Source: a virus. Taken from it: a stretch of DNA of 64,000 nucleotides. The notes below the pieces were generated by a model. It saw only the letters and a list, made by a program, of their open reading frames with translations. It was not told the origin of the DNA and made no database searches. The position numbers and the translations under genes were made by a program. This document shows, piece by piece, positions 9,668 through 19,894 of the stretch. The DNA is taken from the IMG/VR virus record IMGVR_UViG_3300016469_000277, positions 44,308 to 108,307 of that record. The stretch is one strand, 5' to 3'. The stretch's first letter is position 1; each line of letters begins with the position of its first letter.

Positions 9668-10798
9668 TTAACTTTCCAAGTTATATTGTTCATTTTTACT
9701 CTTGTTTACATAATATTCATAGTTATTCTTTGTTCCTCCCATACTTTGTGCTTTAGGCAATTCTTCAAAATAAGGAACCCCTCTAGCAAAGTATAAGCCT
9801 AGTCTACCTGATAACCCCGATAGACGATCTTTTAAAAATCTAATACTGCGATAATTGTCTTGTAAGTAATTAATGTCGTAACCCTGATGTATTTCTATGT
9901 CGTATCTAAATGGTGCAAAAATTCCTATCACAACATCTGCTGAACGCTGAGTAGTCTTACAGTCTGCTAAGTCTGCTAGACTAGGTTCTAGTTTAGCTTC
10001 TACCAGTTCACCTTTATTAGTGAACATTTGAGATTCACCACTAGCAGCTTGCTGTTGAATAGGCACAAAAATTAATCCGTATCTTTTACAAAATATTTCC
10101 AGTCCGTAATGATCCACAAAAAACGCAAGAGTCTCTCTTAAGTCATGATAAACTCCTTGAATGGTTTCGGTATGAAGAAGAGAGATATGATCCACTACTA
10201 CAAAGTAATAAGTATCGTCTGCGTGCTTATAGTAAAGAGGATACTTCTTTTCATCTCTTTCCTCATAAACCATTTGGCCTTTGGTTGAATTATCGAAATA
10301 TCTTTCTACGTATTTTTTTATCCCGGTTGGATTAGAGATATGGTCAACGATTTCTACATGGTTCTCAAAGAACTTTAAGAACTCTGATTGACTTGCTTCT
10401 CTAATCCAACCTAAGATTTTGTCAGGGACTGTATAGTTACCAAAACTTAGCATCATTTCTGGTGTTACTATTTTTCCGTGAGTGTAATAAATACAGATAG
10501 ATATTGCTTCTAAGTAAAGTTTTTCTTTAGATTCCTCTAGAGCAAACCAAAATATCTTAATGTTAAAAGGATTCTTCCTCCACTTAATATAATTGGAGAC
10601 TATGATAAGCCATTTAGTAAATTTTGACTTTGCTATACCAGAGGAAGCAGTTATAAGATACATTTTACCTTTAACCCAACCTGGGTAATTATATTCGGTT
10701 GAAAGTCTATCTAGGTTCCAAGGAATAGAGTTATACTTGCCTTGTAAGCGATTATCTCTATTCTCTTCTATCTTTTTGTAGACTTCTTCAAACTGCAT
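9668..10798 (-). CDS. Replicative DnaB-like (SF4) helicase, crAss-type
   Basis: Walker A-like ASSGIAKS, FALEE, VVDHISLL, IQQQ, SADVV.G; likely start MQFEEV. Confidence 0.8.
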   Translation of the reverse strand: MQFEEVYKKIEENRDNRLQGKYNSIPWNLDRLSTEYNYPGWVKGKMYLITASSGIAKSKFTKWLIIVSNYIKWRKNPFNIKIFWFALEESKEKLYLEAISICIYYTHGKIVTPEMMLSFGNYTVPDKILGWIREASQSEFLKFFENHVEIVDHISNPTGIKKYVERYFDNSTKGQMVYEERDEKKYPLYYKHADDTYYFVVVDHISLLHTETIQGVYHDLRETLAFFVDHYGLEIFCKRYGLIFVPIQQQAASGESQMFTNKGELVEAKLEPSLADLADCKTTQRSADVVIGIFAPFRYDIEIHQGYDINYLQDNYRSIRFLKDRLSGLSGRLGLYFARGVPYFEELPKAQSMGGTKNNYEYYVNKSKNEQYNLES

Positions 10799-11295
10799 TA
10801 TAATTCTCCTCCAAAGCGGTTTTCTTGGCGGTCTTTTCCTTCTTTTAAATAAGCTTCGCACCAAGTAGCAAGATCAGAGGTATCAAATCCTCTTTCAGTT
10901 CTCTTGTAAACAAAATAGTGCGCTTGACGAATATACTGAGGAGTGCCTTGTTTCTTCCAATGTGCAATATACATATTGGTAGCCCCCATTATAGTGTCTT
11001 TGTCAAAGTTGTATTCCTTAATAAATTTCTCCATTTTCTCGCTGACTTGTTTTACAGAACTTGTCTTGCCAACAATTCCTATACTTTTGCGAGAAAACTT
11101 TTCAATAAACTCTTCAAGCCAATCTAACTCTGTGATTAGACTTAAAGCTTTATCTACGTTAACAAGTTCTAGGGCTTCAGGAGTCCAATACCACTCGTTA
11201 CTTTTTTTCACTAGAAGCCCTAGAGCTACCCACTCTTGAATCTTTTGTTCCTTCAAGAGTATCTTCCATAGTACTTCGTAGAATGTTAGTTTCAT
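10798..11295 (-). CDS. Hypothetical protein coupled to the helicase
   Basis: TAATG overlap with the helicase start. Confidence 0.6.
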   Translation of the reverse strand: MKLTFYEVLWKILLKEQKIQEWVALGLLVKKSNEWYWTPEALELVNVDKALSLITELDWLEEFIEKFSRKSIGIVGKTSSVKQVSEKMEKFIKEYNFDKDTIMGATNMYIAHWKKQGTPQYIRQAHYFVYKRTERGFDTSDLATWCEAYLKEGKDRQENRFGGEL

Positions 11296-11393
11296 CTGTC
11301 TTTAATTTTTTGGGGGCATCAAAATTACGTATATAAGTTATACGTGTCAAGTAGTCTTGGGGATTTTCTTCTCTCCTTAATATTTCTTCATAA

Positions 11394-12011
11394 TCATTCA
11401 TAAATATAAGTTCCTATCCATTCTCTATGTCCTTCTGGAGTGGTGGTTGTTTTTATTTTGTTAGTATTTGCATTTAAAAAACCTTTACCTTGTTCTCTAA
11501 TCTCATCAATATTCATTGGGATGGTTACACATTCAAACCCAATAGGCATCTTTGGTTGTGATAGGGATTGTAAAATTTTATCAAACTTCTGCATATCAAC
11601 ATAGCCTTTGCCATCCACAATAGAAAATGCTTCGGAAGTTACTCTTATGCCAAAAGTTATCATATCTTCTTCTGTGTATTTGTACTTTCCTTTTGCTGCC
11701 TTGTAGCCAATAACTATTCCTGGGTAAATATCATCTTGAGCAGTCTGATATACAGAGTATGCTTTAGATAGTTGGTTTGCTATATTCGCAACATCATCCT
11801 CTAACGGCGGCAGCAAATCCACACCTTCAAGAATAGGTGAGCCGTTAAGTGGTAGGTGGCTGATGATGTTTTTTGTTATGCTGTTTTCGCCATATTCAGC
11901 ACCGCCACTATGTTTTACTTTGTTTATATAGGCATCATAGTACCAACCTTTAATATCACTTTCATCTACTACAAGTAGATAGTCGTCTGTTTTAATTATT
12001 TCGTATTTCAT
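11394..12011 (-). CDS. Hypothetical protein
   Basis: ORF; N-terminus similar to 12008-12331. Confidence 0.65.
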   Translation of the reverse strand: MKYEIIKTDDYLLVVDESDIKGWYYDAYINKVKHSGGAEYGENSITKNIISHLPLNGSPILEGVDLLPPLEDDVANIANQLSKAYSVYQTAQDDIYPGIVIGYKAAKGKYKYTEEDMITFGIRVTSEAFSIVDGKGYVDMQKFDKILQSLSQPKMPIGFECVTIPMNIDEIREQGKGFLNANTNKIKTTTTPEGHREWIGTYIYE

Positions 12012-12331
12012 TTTATTTTAAGTTTACCTTCAACAAACTCTACTTCCCATTCTGTACCACCAATATAACCTTTCCAACTTTTCTCACCAATTAGTTCTTT
12101 TACTTCTGATAAGAAAATAATTTCTCCACCAAACCATTCAAGTGATTGTGTTGAGTGGGTGATTTTTGCATAACCTCTTCCATTCAACGATTTAGAATTG
12201 ATTATATCGGCTAAACTTCTATTAGCTTGTACAATTATTCCATTGTCAAAACTGTATAACCAATTCCCTTCTTTAATCTCTGAATCATCCACTATAATAT
12301 AGTAGTCTGTGTTAATTTTAATTAATTTCAT
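12008..12331 (-). CDS. Hypothetical protein
   Basis: ORF; paralogous N-terminus (IK.D.Y..VD.S.IK.W). Confidence 0.65.
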   Translation of the reverse strand: MKLIKINTDYYIIVDDSEIKEGNWLYSFDNGIIVQANRSLADIINSKSLNGRGYAKITHSTQSLEWFGGEIIFLSEVKELIGEKSWKGYIGGTEWEVEFVEGKLKIK

Positions 12332-12349
12332 TTTATTTTAAGTTTAATT

Positions 12350-13243
12350 CTAGAAGCAATAACGAATAGTATTCCATCCGATAATTTCATCGTGTAGTCT
12401 TGTCCACTCTTTAATGTATTGAGCTTTCAATCCTGCTTTGTAGCGGATATTCTTTCCGCCAAACTGAGAGATTTTACTTTCTTGGATTTCAGGTTTCCAA
12501 ATTAAGTGTTCTCCGGGTGTTCCGTAAATTAAGTTTCTTTTGTGCTTCTCCTCATTATGGGTAAGGAAGATAACTTCTGCTTTGACTAATTCCTTATAAC
12601 TAACGTATTCGTTTACTTGTTTAAACAAATATTCATAATGCTCTAACCATCTATCATGGACTATAACAGGACTAAAGTTTATGTGAACATCGTATCCAGC
12701 TTCTATGAATCTATTAATTGCTTTGATTCTAGCATCTATAGAACTTGTGTTAGGTTCTAATAAGTCCGAATAGTGCTGAGGCATAAGACTAAACCTTATA
12801 CGTATCTTTCCTTCAGGATTGTACGTACAAAGTTTATCGTTTACATACTTAGTTGCTAAGGATCCCATAGCCCTAGGATGATTCTTAAAGAAGTCAAAGA
12901 TGTATTCCCACTCAATATGTTTTGCGTGTAGTGGTAAATCGAAATTGCATCCGATGTCGTAGCTTATAAACTCAGGATGTGTTTGATTCGGTTTATCCAC
13001 TACCGCAAACATAGCGTGATTATTAATTTCCGTTAAGATTTGATTTACATTTGTAGAGATTGTTATTCCTTCAGTAACATGTCTTTTACAAGTACAATAA
13101 CTACAGTTATAACCACAGCCAAAAGCAAAACTTGGACTAATAAAATCTGTTGATCTTCCCGAAGGTCTAATAATCATAGACTTTCGAGTTACTTTTTCAA
13201 CTAAATGGTTTTGGTTGAATCCAAGTGATGTTTTCTTTGCCAT
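12350..13243 (-). CDS. Spore photoproduct lyase-like radical SAM protein
   Basis: CGYNCSYC radical SAM motif, DIGCN, ATKYVN, RIRFSLMP, GYDVHINFSP, S.FGG.NIRY. Confidence 0.85.
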   Translation of the reverse strand: MAKKTSLGFNQNHLVEKVTRKSMIIRPSGRSTDFISPSFAFGCGYNCSYCTCKRHVTEGITISTNVNQILTEINNHAMFAVVDKPNQTHPEFISYDIGCNFDLPLHAKHIEWEYIFDFFKNHPRAMGSLATKYVNDKLCTYNPEGKIRIRFSLMPQHYSDLLEPNTSSIDARIKAINRFIEAGYDVHINFSPVIVHDRWLEHYEYLFKQVNEYVSYKELVKAEVIFLTHNEEKHKRNLIYGTPGEHLIWKPEIQESKISQFGGKNIRYKAGLKAQYIKEWTRLHDEIIGWNTIRYCF

Positions 13244-14255
13244 AATATTCTAGTCCTTTACGAGTCCAAACAATATCTCTGGTATTGTTCATGCAGATAA
13301 TGTGAAGTTCTGCTTTTTCTCCTTCTAAGAAATTAAGAGTTCTTGCGATTCTTTGCGCTGCTTTAGAACTAGAAGCATAAGTATGAAGAATGATTGCTTT
13401 GTTTAAGTTGGGAAAAGTCACACCTGCGTTTAACTGATTTACAGTAGCCAGAAAGTTAATTTCTCCTTCGTTGAACATTCTTAGATTCTCTTTATTTACT
13501 TCGTCAGAGTTTTTAGAATGATACCCATAACGACAAATCTCTCCGCATTGTTGGATAGTTTCCACAAAAACTAAGCATCTGTTGAAAGTACTCAACAATT
13601 CTCTTAATTTATTCCACTTAGTTTGGCTTCCTGCAATACTTTGGATTAGTCTAAGCATCATGTGAAAATTCTCATCTGACTTAGATTCATAAAAGTTAAT
13701 CTGAGCCTTTTCACTCCACATACCTCCAGACTTTCTAGGAATGTTTCTAATCTCTGAAGGATTAACCAAGTGTACGTAAATATGATAAGGTTTATTTAAA
13801 ATACCTGTGGTTTCGTCAATAGTTCTTTCGTATCTGACAGGAGTTAAGGTTTCGATAAAAAGCCTTTTTCTAGTACCCTTACGAGGAATAGTACCTGTTA
13901 GACCGTTTAGAATCTTAGGACGATCTTGAGCAATAAATTGCCATTTAGCTTCAGATAGTTGGTCAATCTCATCAATGATAACAGCGTCATATTTTCTTAA
14001 ATCTTGTTTGTCTAGACTAGCAAAAGTTGTAAAAGTGATATGGTCTACATTAAATCCGAACTTTTCTGCGTCAGATTTCCAAGCTTCTGCAATAGATTTA
14101 TTAGGATAAGCTACTAGTACCTCATCATAATAATCTGCTAGCTTCAATCCTACGACGGTTTTACCGCTACGCATAGGCATAACAGCTGTTCCGCTTCTTG
14201 CTTTTAAAGCCTCGAAAGCTTCTTCTTGGTATTCTGCTCTTACATCATTACTCAT
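13197..14255 (-). CDS. Superfamily 2 helicase (UvsW/ResIII-like)
   Basis: EYQ, PMRSGKT, IIDEID, GLTGT, L.AGV.FPNL and QRIAR motifs; likely start MSNDV. Confidence 0.85.
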   Translation of the reverse strand: MSNDVRAEYQEEAFEALKARSGTAVMPMRSGKTVVGLKLADYYDEVLVAYPNKSIAEAWKSDAEKFGFNVDHITFTTFASLDKQDLRKYDAVIIDEIDQLSEAKWQFIAQDRPKILNGLTGTIPRKGTRKRLFIETLTPVRYERTIDETTGILNKPYHIYVHLVNPSEIRNIPRKSGGMWSEKAQINFYESKSDENFHMMLRLIQSIAGSQTKWNKLRELLSTFNRCLVFVETIQQCGEICRYGYHSKNSDEVNKENLRMFNEGEINFLATVNQLNAGVTFPNLNKAIILHTYASSSKAAQRIARTLNFLEGEKAELHIICMNNTRDIVWTRKGLEYYGKENITWIQPKPFS

Positions 14256-14496
14256 TGTTGTTAAATGTTTCGTTGTAGTATTGTTCTGCCGATTTGTATT
14301 TTTGTTCCCAAGTTCCATCTGGTAGGTCAATACAATAATCTCCTTTGTCCCAAGCATCTTCAATCTCCTCCTTGTGCATTGCTTTGGCTTTTTCAAAAAT
14401 TTCAACTTCTGTTTTAAATTCTGTTGAATTACCTGATACCATTGCATGTAAATTTTTGCGATAAAATTCTAAGCTACTTAACTTTTTATTTTCCAT
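14248..14496 (-). CDS. KQTAV-like family small protein
   Basis: AKAM.KE.IEDAW...EQYYNETF shared with paralogs. Confidence 0.6.
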   Translation of the reverse strand: MENKKLSSLEFYRKNLHAMVSGNSTEFKTEVEIFEKAKAMHKEEIEDAWDKGDYCIDLPDGTWEQKYKSAEQYYNETFNNNE

Positions 14497-14501
14497 CTTG
14501 T

Positions 14502-14693
14502 TTATTCTTCAATTTCTATTAAACATTCGTTATAGCCTTTTTCGTAATATTCTTGGTTTTGATTTTCCTCTATTGCTTTGGCTTGTTTTTTTACATTATT
14601 AAGATGTTCTAATTCTGACCAAGAAAGTTTACTACTAAAAGCAGTAAATACTTCATTGTAGAAAAATTCTACGCTACTTTGTTTGTCAGTCAT
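14502..14693 (-). CDS. KQTAV-like family small protein
   Basis: KQSSVE...QAKA.E. Confidence 0.55.
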   Translation of the reverse strand: MTDKQSSVEFFYNEVFTAFSSKLSWSELEHLNNVKKQAKAIEENQNQEYYEKGYNECLIEIEE

Positions 14694-15268
14694 TTTGTTA
14701 AATGTTTGTACTTAGCTTGAATGTTAAGTTGAAAGCTCTTTTCTTCTTGAACAAATTCATCAAGTGTAAAGTACTTTTGATGAATTGGTTCATTTCGACG
14801 AATCCAGCTTCTTTTTGTCCAAGAAAGACTTGTAATCTTATATAAACGAATTGTTTCTGAACTAGTCTCAATAGATACTGGAGCTGTGTTAAAAAGTACA
14901 TAAAGTTGCCCATTGTTGCTTGAGTTATCTCCTTCAAAAAATAAAGATATTTCCGTATTGTTTGGGTTTTTTAAATAATACTCATCTTCAAACATTTTAG
15001 TAACACAATTTGTCCCGTATGTAAGATTCACTGGGTCAAATTCTTTGTTAAATTCGTCAATCTGTTTGTGGAATTTTTCTTTTAATTCTCTAGCCATAGC
15101 TTTATTAAAACTATAAATAGACTTTCTGAATGCTTCTATACTATCTATGTTTTGTTTAAGAGTAGCCATTGAAAATCTACCTGGAGTTTCAGCAGGAGGA
15201 TTTAAACGAGTAAATTCTTTTTGTAAATCTAAGATTAGGTTATTTTGAAATTCTGTTAAGTTTGTCAT
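14690..15268 (-). CDS. Hypothetical protein
   Basis: ORF tiling. Confidence 0.6.
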   Translation of the reverse strand: MTNLTEFQNNLILDLQKEFTRLNPPAETPGRFSMATLKQNIDSIEAFRKSIYSFNKAMARELKEKFHKQIDEFNKEFDPVNLTYGTNCVTKMFEDEYYLKNPNNTEISLFFEGDNSSNNGQLYVLFNTAPVSIETSSETIRLYKITSLSWTKRSWIRRNEPIHQKYFTLDEFVQEEKSFQLNIQAKYKHLTK

Positions 15269-15269
15269 T

Positions 15270-15503
15270 TTAAATAGATGATTTATTTGCGTTCATTTTT
15301 TGTTTAAAATAATTAAATACTTCAGGAATATGTTTTTTATAGTAAGGTTGATTATCTTTACACCAAGTTTTTAACTCTGAGTCTGTCTTAAAAGGCTTTA
15401 TATGTGATCTATTTGACATAATCATGTTAAATATTGGTTCTAAGTCTTCAATAAAATCTTGAACAGTCCAGCCTTCCCAGATATGTTTGTCTAAGTTTGT
15501 CAT
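15270..15503 (-). CDS. Hypothetical protein (HIWEGWTV..FI...QPYYKK.IP family)
   Basis: ORF tiling. Confidence 0.65.
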   Translation of the reverse strand: MTNLDKHIWEGWTVQDFIEDLEPIFNMIMSNRSHIKPFKTDSELKTWCKDNQPYYKKHIPEVFNYFKQKMNANKSSI

Positions 15504-15730
15504 TTGTATTTTCTAATTAAGTTAAAAGTTTCTTTGAGATTTGTCATTTCTAATTCTCCGTTAAAAAAAGCAATAGTAAATCCATGGTTAGCTGTCCAAT
15601 CTTCTTTCTTTACTCTTTTGCCGTTCACATGAGTTAAATAAATCCAAGGAAAGTTTCCCATTAAGTCTAAACGGATTCCTATTTTTTGTAATCTTTCGAC
15701 TAATTTGTTTAAAGTATTTAAAGGTGACAT
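15500..15730 (-). CDS. Hypothetical protein
   Basis: ORF tiling. Confidence 0.6.
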   Translation of the reverse strand: MSPLNTLNKLVERLQKIGIRLDLMGNFPWIYLTHVNGKRVKKEDWTANHGFTIAFFNGELEMTNLKETFNLIRKYK

Positions 15731-16176
15731 TAGTATTCTCTTTTAGGGGTAAATTTTTCTACATTTGTAATGTATTCATCAACAATAGAAGTACGAGTTC
15801 CTGTATAGTATCTCTCGCCTATTTTAAAAGCTCTGTGTATCTCAGTTTTTCCTTCATAATTAACCTCTACCATATATTGATTGTCTGGATTAAACCTAGA
15901 GTGAAATACTAAGGTATCGGCTTCTTTTTCTAAACTATTTGGATACAATGGATTTTTGTTTAACCACTCAAACAAATGAATTCTCTGTCCTTCTGTCATT
16001 TGATGCCAATACTTATCTGTTAGGTTGTGCCAAAACATAGTTCTTGCTATAGGTCGAGGAGGAATACAGGCTTCAGCTAAAAAAGCCAATTCAAAGAAAT
16101 CTATTACAAATCTTGTTTCTTGTTTTGGATCAGAAGTTACTTGTTCTTGTTTTAGCTTTTTCATCTTTTGCAGCAT
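15730..16176 (-). CDS. Hypothetical protein
   Basis: ORF tiling. Confidence 0.6.
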   Translation of the reverse strand: MLQKMKKLKQEQVTSDPKQETRFVIDFFELAFLAEACIPPRPIARTMFWHNLTDKYWHQMTEGQRIHLFEWLNKNPLYPNSLEKEADTLVFHSRFNPDNQYMVEVNYEGKTEIHRAFKIGERYYTGTRTSIVDEYITNVEKFTPKREY

Positions 16177-16302
16177 TCTTTAAATCGTTATAAAGTTGTT
16201 CTATTCTCTTGTACATTATTCTTAAATAAAAAAATCTAAGCTCTTTGTTTTGTTTGTAAGTTTTTCTTTTGCGGAACTTAGACTTTCTTTTTCTTTGAAT
16301 TT

Positions 16303-16518
16303 TCATATCTTTTCCAACTGCTTTTTTACTTCTTGCCAATATTTAAATTCCAAAGTATAATATGTATAATGTATTGCATATAAATCTAATATCTCATCCA
16401 CTGCTATCAAAGCACATTGTTTGGCTGTTTTATGTTCTAATTGTCCTTCGTCAGTAAACGATGGTATTGAATAAAAAAATGCTTCGTATAACTCATCAGC
16501 TTTTTCTTTTGGTGTCAT
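16303..16518 (-). CDS. TPKEKA-family small protein
   Basis: PKEKA.EL...AKQCALIAVDEIL...YWQEVK. Confidence 0.65.
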   Translation of the reverse strand: MTPKEKADELYEAFFYSIPSFTDEGQLEHKTAKQCALIAVDEILDLYAIHYTYYTLEFKYWQEVKKQLEKI

Positions 16519-16718
16519 AACTTTTCTAATTCAATTTTAACTTCTAAATAATGATTATAAATATCGTCATGAGCAAAGAATGCTACTTTTAAAATCTTGT
16601 CTACTGCGATTAAAGCACATTGTTTAGCAAAATATAAAGTTATTAGACTAGATGCGTCTGAATGTACTTTATACATTTCTTTTACTAGCTCCACTGCTTC
16701 TTCTTTTGGGCTAATCAT
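16515..16718 (-). CDS. TPKEKA-family small protein (likely start MISPKEE)
   Basis: Tandem paralog of 16303-16518. Confidence 0.65.
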   Translation of the reverse strand: MISPKEEAVELVKEMYKVHSDASSLITLYFAKQCALIAVDKILKVAFFAHDDIYNHYLEVKIELEKL

Positions 16719-16969
16719 TCTTCTTGGTTCTTTTGTATTTTGCTTTTTAGTTCTTCTGCGTAAAACTGTTCTACTAAAGTACAATAATTATCGTAGTCAA
16801 ATTTAATTACATCTGAATCTATAAGTACCCCAAAATCAATTGCTTTTTCTACCAATTGGTGTTCTTTGGTTTTGGCCTGGTGAATTACTTCTTTAGGAAT
16901 GGAGACTTTAATAAATCCCCATCCTTGTCCTTGTATTTCGTTTAAAAGCCAATCTACTGCTGATTCCAT
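16715..16969 (-). CDS. SAVDWL (KQTAV-like) family small protein
   Basis: Paralogous motif. Confidence 0.6.
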   Translation of the reverse strand: MESAVDWLLNEIQGQGWGFIKVSIPKEVIHQAKTKEHQLVEKAIDFGVLIDSDVIKFDYDNYCTLVEQFYAEELKSKIQKNQEE

Positions 16970-17181
16970 TACATTCTTTTTATTAGTCCTTCGTCTATGT
17001 CAAAGTCTGAACCTAGTTTTTCGTTAACGCGATTAGCTGAAAATCCAGCAGCCAGCATAAGAGATTTAAACATCTCTACTATTTCTGTAGAAGTTAAATC
17101 TGAGTTAGGTTTTTCTATTGTGATTTTTTCTCCGTAATGTTCTAGAGTAAGTCTGAACGGAAATTCTAAATTATTCTTCAT
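16969..17181 (-). CDS. Hypothetical protein
   Basis: ORF tiling. Confidence 0.55.
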   Translation of the reverse strand: MKNNLEFPFRLTLEHYGEKITIEKPNSDLTSTEIVEMFKSLMLAAGFSANRVNEKLGSDFDIDEGLIKRM

Positions 17182-17389
17182 ATTTGTCTATTTCGATTAA
17201 TACTTGTTCCCAAAAGTCTCTACCTCTATCTGCTGTTGTAAAGTCTAAGACTTCATGAGCTAGTTTACGAGCAAAAGCTTGAGCAGTTGGAAGATAAATT
17301 AAACTATAGTCTGATAGTTTAACTCTTGGGTGATTTAAAAAGAACTCTATTAGTTCTTTAGCTTTCTTTCTTGGGTTCAGTTGTTCCAT
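17171..17389 (-). CDS. TPKEKA-like small protein
   Basis: PRKKAKEL...FWEQV..EI. Confidence 0.55.
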   Translation of the reverse strand: MEQLNPRKKAKELIEFFLNHPRVKLSDYSLIYLPTAQAFARKLAHEVLDFTTADRGRDFWEQVLIEIDKYEE

Positions 17390-17570
17390 TTACAATTTCA
17401 TTTAATTGGTTAAGGATAGCTTGCTGTGTTTGCCCCCAATACATATCACACTTAGTTCCTTTTCTTGGAGATTCAACAAAATAAGATTGTAAAATATCAG
17501 CAGGAGCTGTGAACCTGTAACAAGCTTCTTTCATAGGGCATTCTTGGTCTTTACATTTAGTTATGTCCAT
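17358..17570 (-). CDS. Small Cys-rich protein (DITKC...CP...CYR...C)
   Basis: Four Cys; follows a hairpin and a TAAATTTG box. Confidence 0.6.
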   Translation of the reverse strand: MDITKCKDQECPMKEACYRFTAPADILQSYFVESPRKGTKCDMYWGQTQQAILNQLNEIVNGTTEPKKES

Positions 17571-17629
17571 TTTAGTTTAAATTAAGTAAGGGAGCCGAAG
17601 CCCCCTTACTAGTTACAAATTTACAAAAT

Positions 17630-19894
17630 TCAGTCAAATAATCTTTCAATATTATTTTCGGCTTCAAAATAAGATTCTGGTACAAAAAAGTAAGAACCAC
17701 AGTGATCGCAAGATAATATATCTGTGCAATCGTCGTGTTTTACTATTGAGTCACTAAAACAACAAGGACAATAACCTAGTTCTAACTCTGCAATAACTTC
17801 ATCATCTGTTATTTCTTCGTATTCTAGAACATGACGATACTTGTAAGTTGGAATTTTAAGTTTAGGCTTTTTTTGTTCAAAAGAAGAATTCCAATCGTCT
17901 ACTTCGTAGTCCTCACTCCATCTTTCTCCATAATTAACTGTAGTAGGCTTAAGTGGATAATCAGAAGTAGCTTTGTGTTCCCACTTAGTCTTTCCTAGAG
18001 TAGTTAAACACTCGTAACCAAAATTAATAGAATTTTCCAAAGCTTGTATAGAGGTAATTTCTTGTTCGGAATGCTCGTCAAAATAACCGGCTGATATGTT
18101 GCACCCAATGCAATTTACCCCAGGCAACTTAACAATCTCTCCAACATCAGTATAAACTCCATTGCTTTCAAAAAACTCATATTTTTCCATAATAGGTTTA
18201 GCTGCGTCAACAAACTCCTTACTGCAAGTTTTTACACCATTAGTATGAGTTATTAACTCCAATCCTTTATATGCATTCCTATCCATTTGAAATATCATGG
18301 AACAGTCATGAAAAAAGGCTACATCAGCTTGTTTACTTCCCACACCTTATTGTTACCATGTAAGCTCTTTATCTTACATTTCTGCACTTTCTTTTGTTAT
18401 ATGTGCAGTTCAGACTATATCATCACCATATAGGTGTTCCGCGCTCGTGGTGTTTTACCGTCCTTAACTTAATAGTAGGACTCCATACACTAGTCGTTGA
18501 ACCTTCAATGCGTTTCTGCAAAGCTTGGCTGCTGATTGTCCTCTTCAGGATTTTCCAGCAATTCACGGAATTTTAATTGGTCATGTGGGTATTTTCTATC
18601 TAAATAACAAGTTGCGTCTTTATAAATATAATTTAAAAATAAATTTTTTTCTTCAGTAAATTGCCAAACAAAAACATTTCTTTTAGTGTATCGAATGTTT
18701 CCAAAAGGTTTTTTAAATTTATTTTTAAAATAATTTTTAAAGTCTTCTAAAATTGAAGAAGTTTTACTAGTAAAAAGAATATTATTTCCAGAAAAACATC
18801 CATCTCCGTCAAAATAACCTCTTATAAAATGTCTAATCAAGTTTTCTAGAATATTAGGAATTTTTAAATCCATATAGGTTTTTCTATTTCCTAATCCAAG
18901 TTTTATCAAATGATCTACAAATTTTGTAGAACTAATTGATAAAGCATATTGATTTTTTCTCTTATACTTTTGATTATTCATAGGAGAGATAAACTCTTTT
19001 CCTTCTCTAAAATGTAAAGGTCCTTTATGACCTAACTCTTTTTTAAAAAATTCAAGAATGTGTTTATCTTTTTCTGCTAAATTAATAGTAAATGATTTTT
19101 CAATCCAAAAATCACTTCTTTTTCTAATGTAAATTCCTCCATCGGCAAACACAAATCCTAAAAAATATGCTTTAGCTTCTGTATCAATATTTTCAAAATA
19201 ATCTTCATTATACTGATACTTTTTACTAAATTTTTTTAAAGGATATTCAAAATCATAGTGTTTAAAAAACTTTTTTAAGTATTTTGAACACTTATTAAAA
19301 TGTTTACCAGTTTTAGTTATTGACCCGTTACTTAAATAGTAGGTATAGTATTGTTGTACGTTTTCTAAAGATTCCATATTACAAATATAATACAAAATTT
19401 AAAAAACCCAACACTCCTATACACATTTATTTTTAACCAATTTCTTCGTCTTTAAAAAATGCAATCTTAATCTCGTCGATAAGATCAAACATCATCAAAG
19501 CAAAAAGACAACCATTCTTGTCATCAAAGCCTACACCGCATTGCAAACCTGTTTCGTTGTCTATACCGTAAACAAATTTGTCTGTTCTTTCTATGCGGAG
19601 TTCTTTTTTGAAATCTTGGTTAATGTCGGTATGCGCTATAACACAAGGATACAAATCAGTATCTCCTTTGACTGCATAGAGATTTCCAAATTTATCTTGA
19701 GAGACTCTTACTCCAGGAGTTTTTTCTAATCTTTCTTTAAGCCAATTAATAAATCTATCTTGATGAGCAGATCCGCTAGGAGTTTGCTTATAAAGTAAAG
19801 TAAAAAATAAAGACCAATCTATTTTGATTGGATTGTCAAGTTTGGGAAAAGAGGGTTTAGCCTCTGAATACCCGTAGTTATAGTAAGAACGCAT
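17630..19894 (-). CDS. M28/M20-like zinc peptidase, spliced: join(19894..19435,18345..17630), about 391 aa, with C-terminal zinc ribbon
   Basis: Exon 1 has AHTD, GFDDKNG and EEIG; exon 2 has (C)VGS, QMDR, YTD, NISAGY..EH. Splicing restores EEIGCVGS in frame. Confidence 0.85.
18346..19434 (-). mobile_element. Group I self-splicing intron (1089 nt) with a homing endonuclease in the P1 loop
   Basis: P AATTGCTGGAAA, Q AATCAGCAG, R GTTCAACGACTA, S ATGATATAGTCT; P3 TTCCGTG/CGCGGAA. IGS GACCAATT pairs with the 5' exon AATTGGTT with a terminal U-G; P10 CCCACAT pairs with the 3' exon GTGTGGG; terminal G at 18346. Confidence 0.92.
18505..19377 (-). CDS. Intron-encoded double-motif LAGLIDADG homing endonuclease
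   Basis: AYFLGFVFADGGI and HFIRGYFDGDGCF motifs; likely start MESLE 4 nt after TATATTTG (19382-19389); the 3' end reads into the intron core. Confidence 0.9.
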   Translation of the reverse strand: MESLENVQQYYTYYLSNGSITKTGKHFNKCSKYLKKFFKHYDFEYPLKKFSKKYQYNEDYFENIDTEAKAYFLGFVFADGGIYIRKRSDFWIEKSFTINLAEKDKHILEFFKKELGHKGPLHFREGKEFISPMNNQKYKRKNQYALSISSTKFVDHLIKLGLGNRKTYMDLKIPNILENLIRHFIRGYFDGDGCFSGNNILFTSKTSSILEDFKNYFKNKFKKPFGNIRYTKRNVFVWQFTEEKNLFLNYIYKDATCYLDRKYPHDQLKFRELLENPEEDNQQPSFAETH

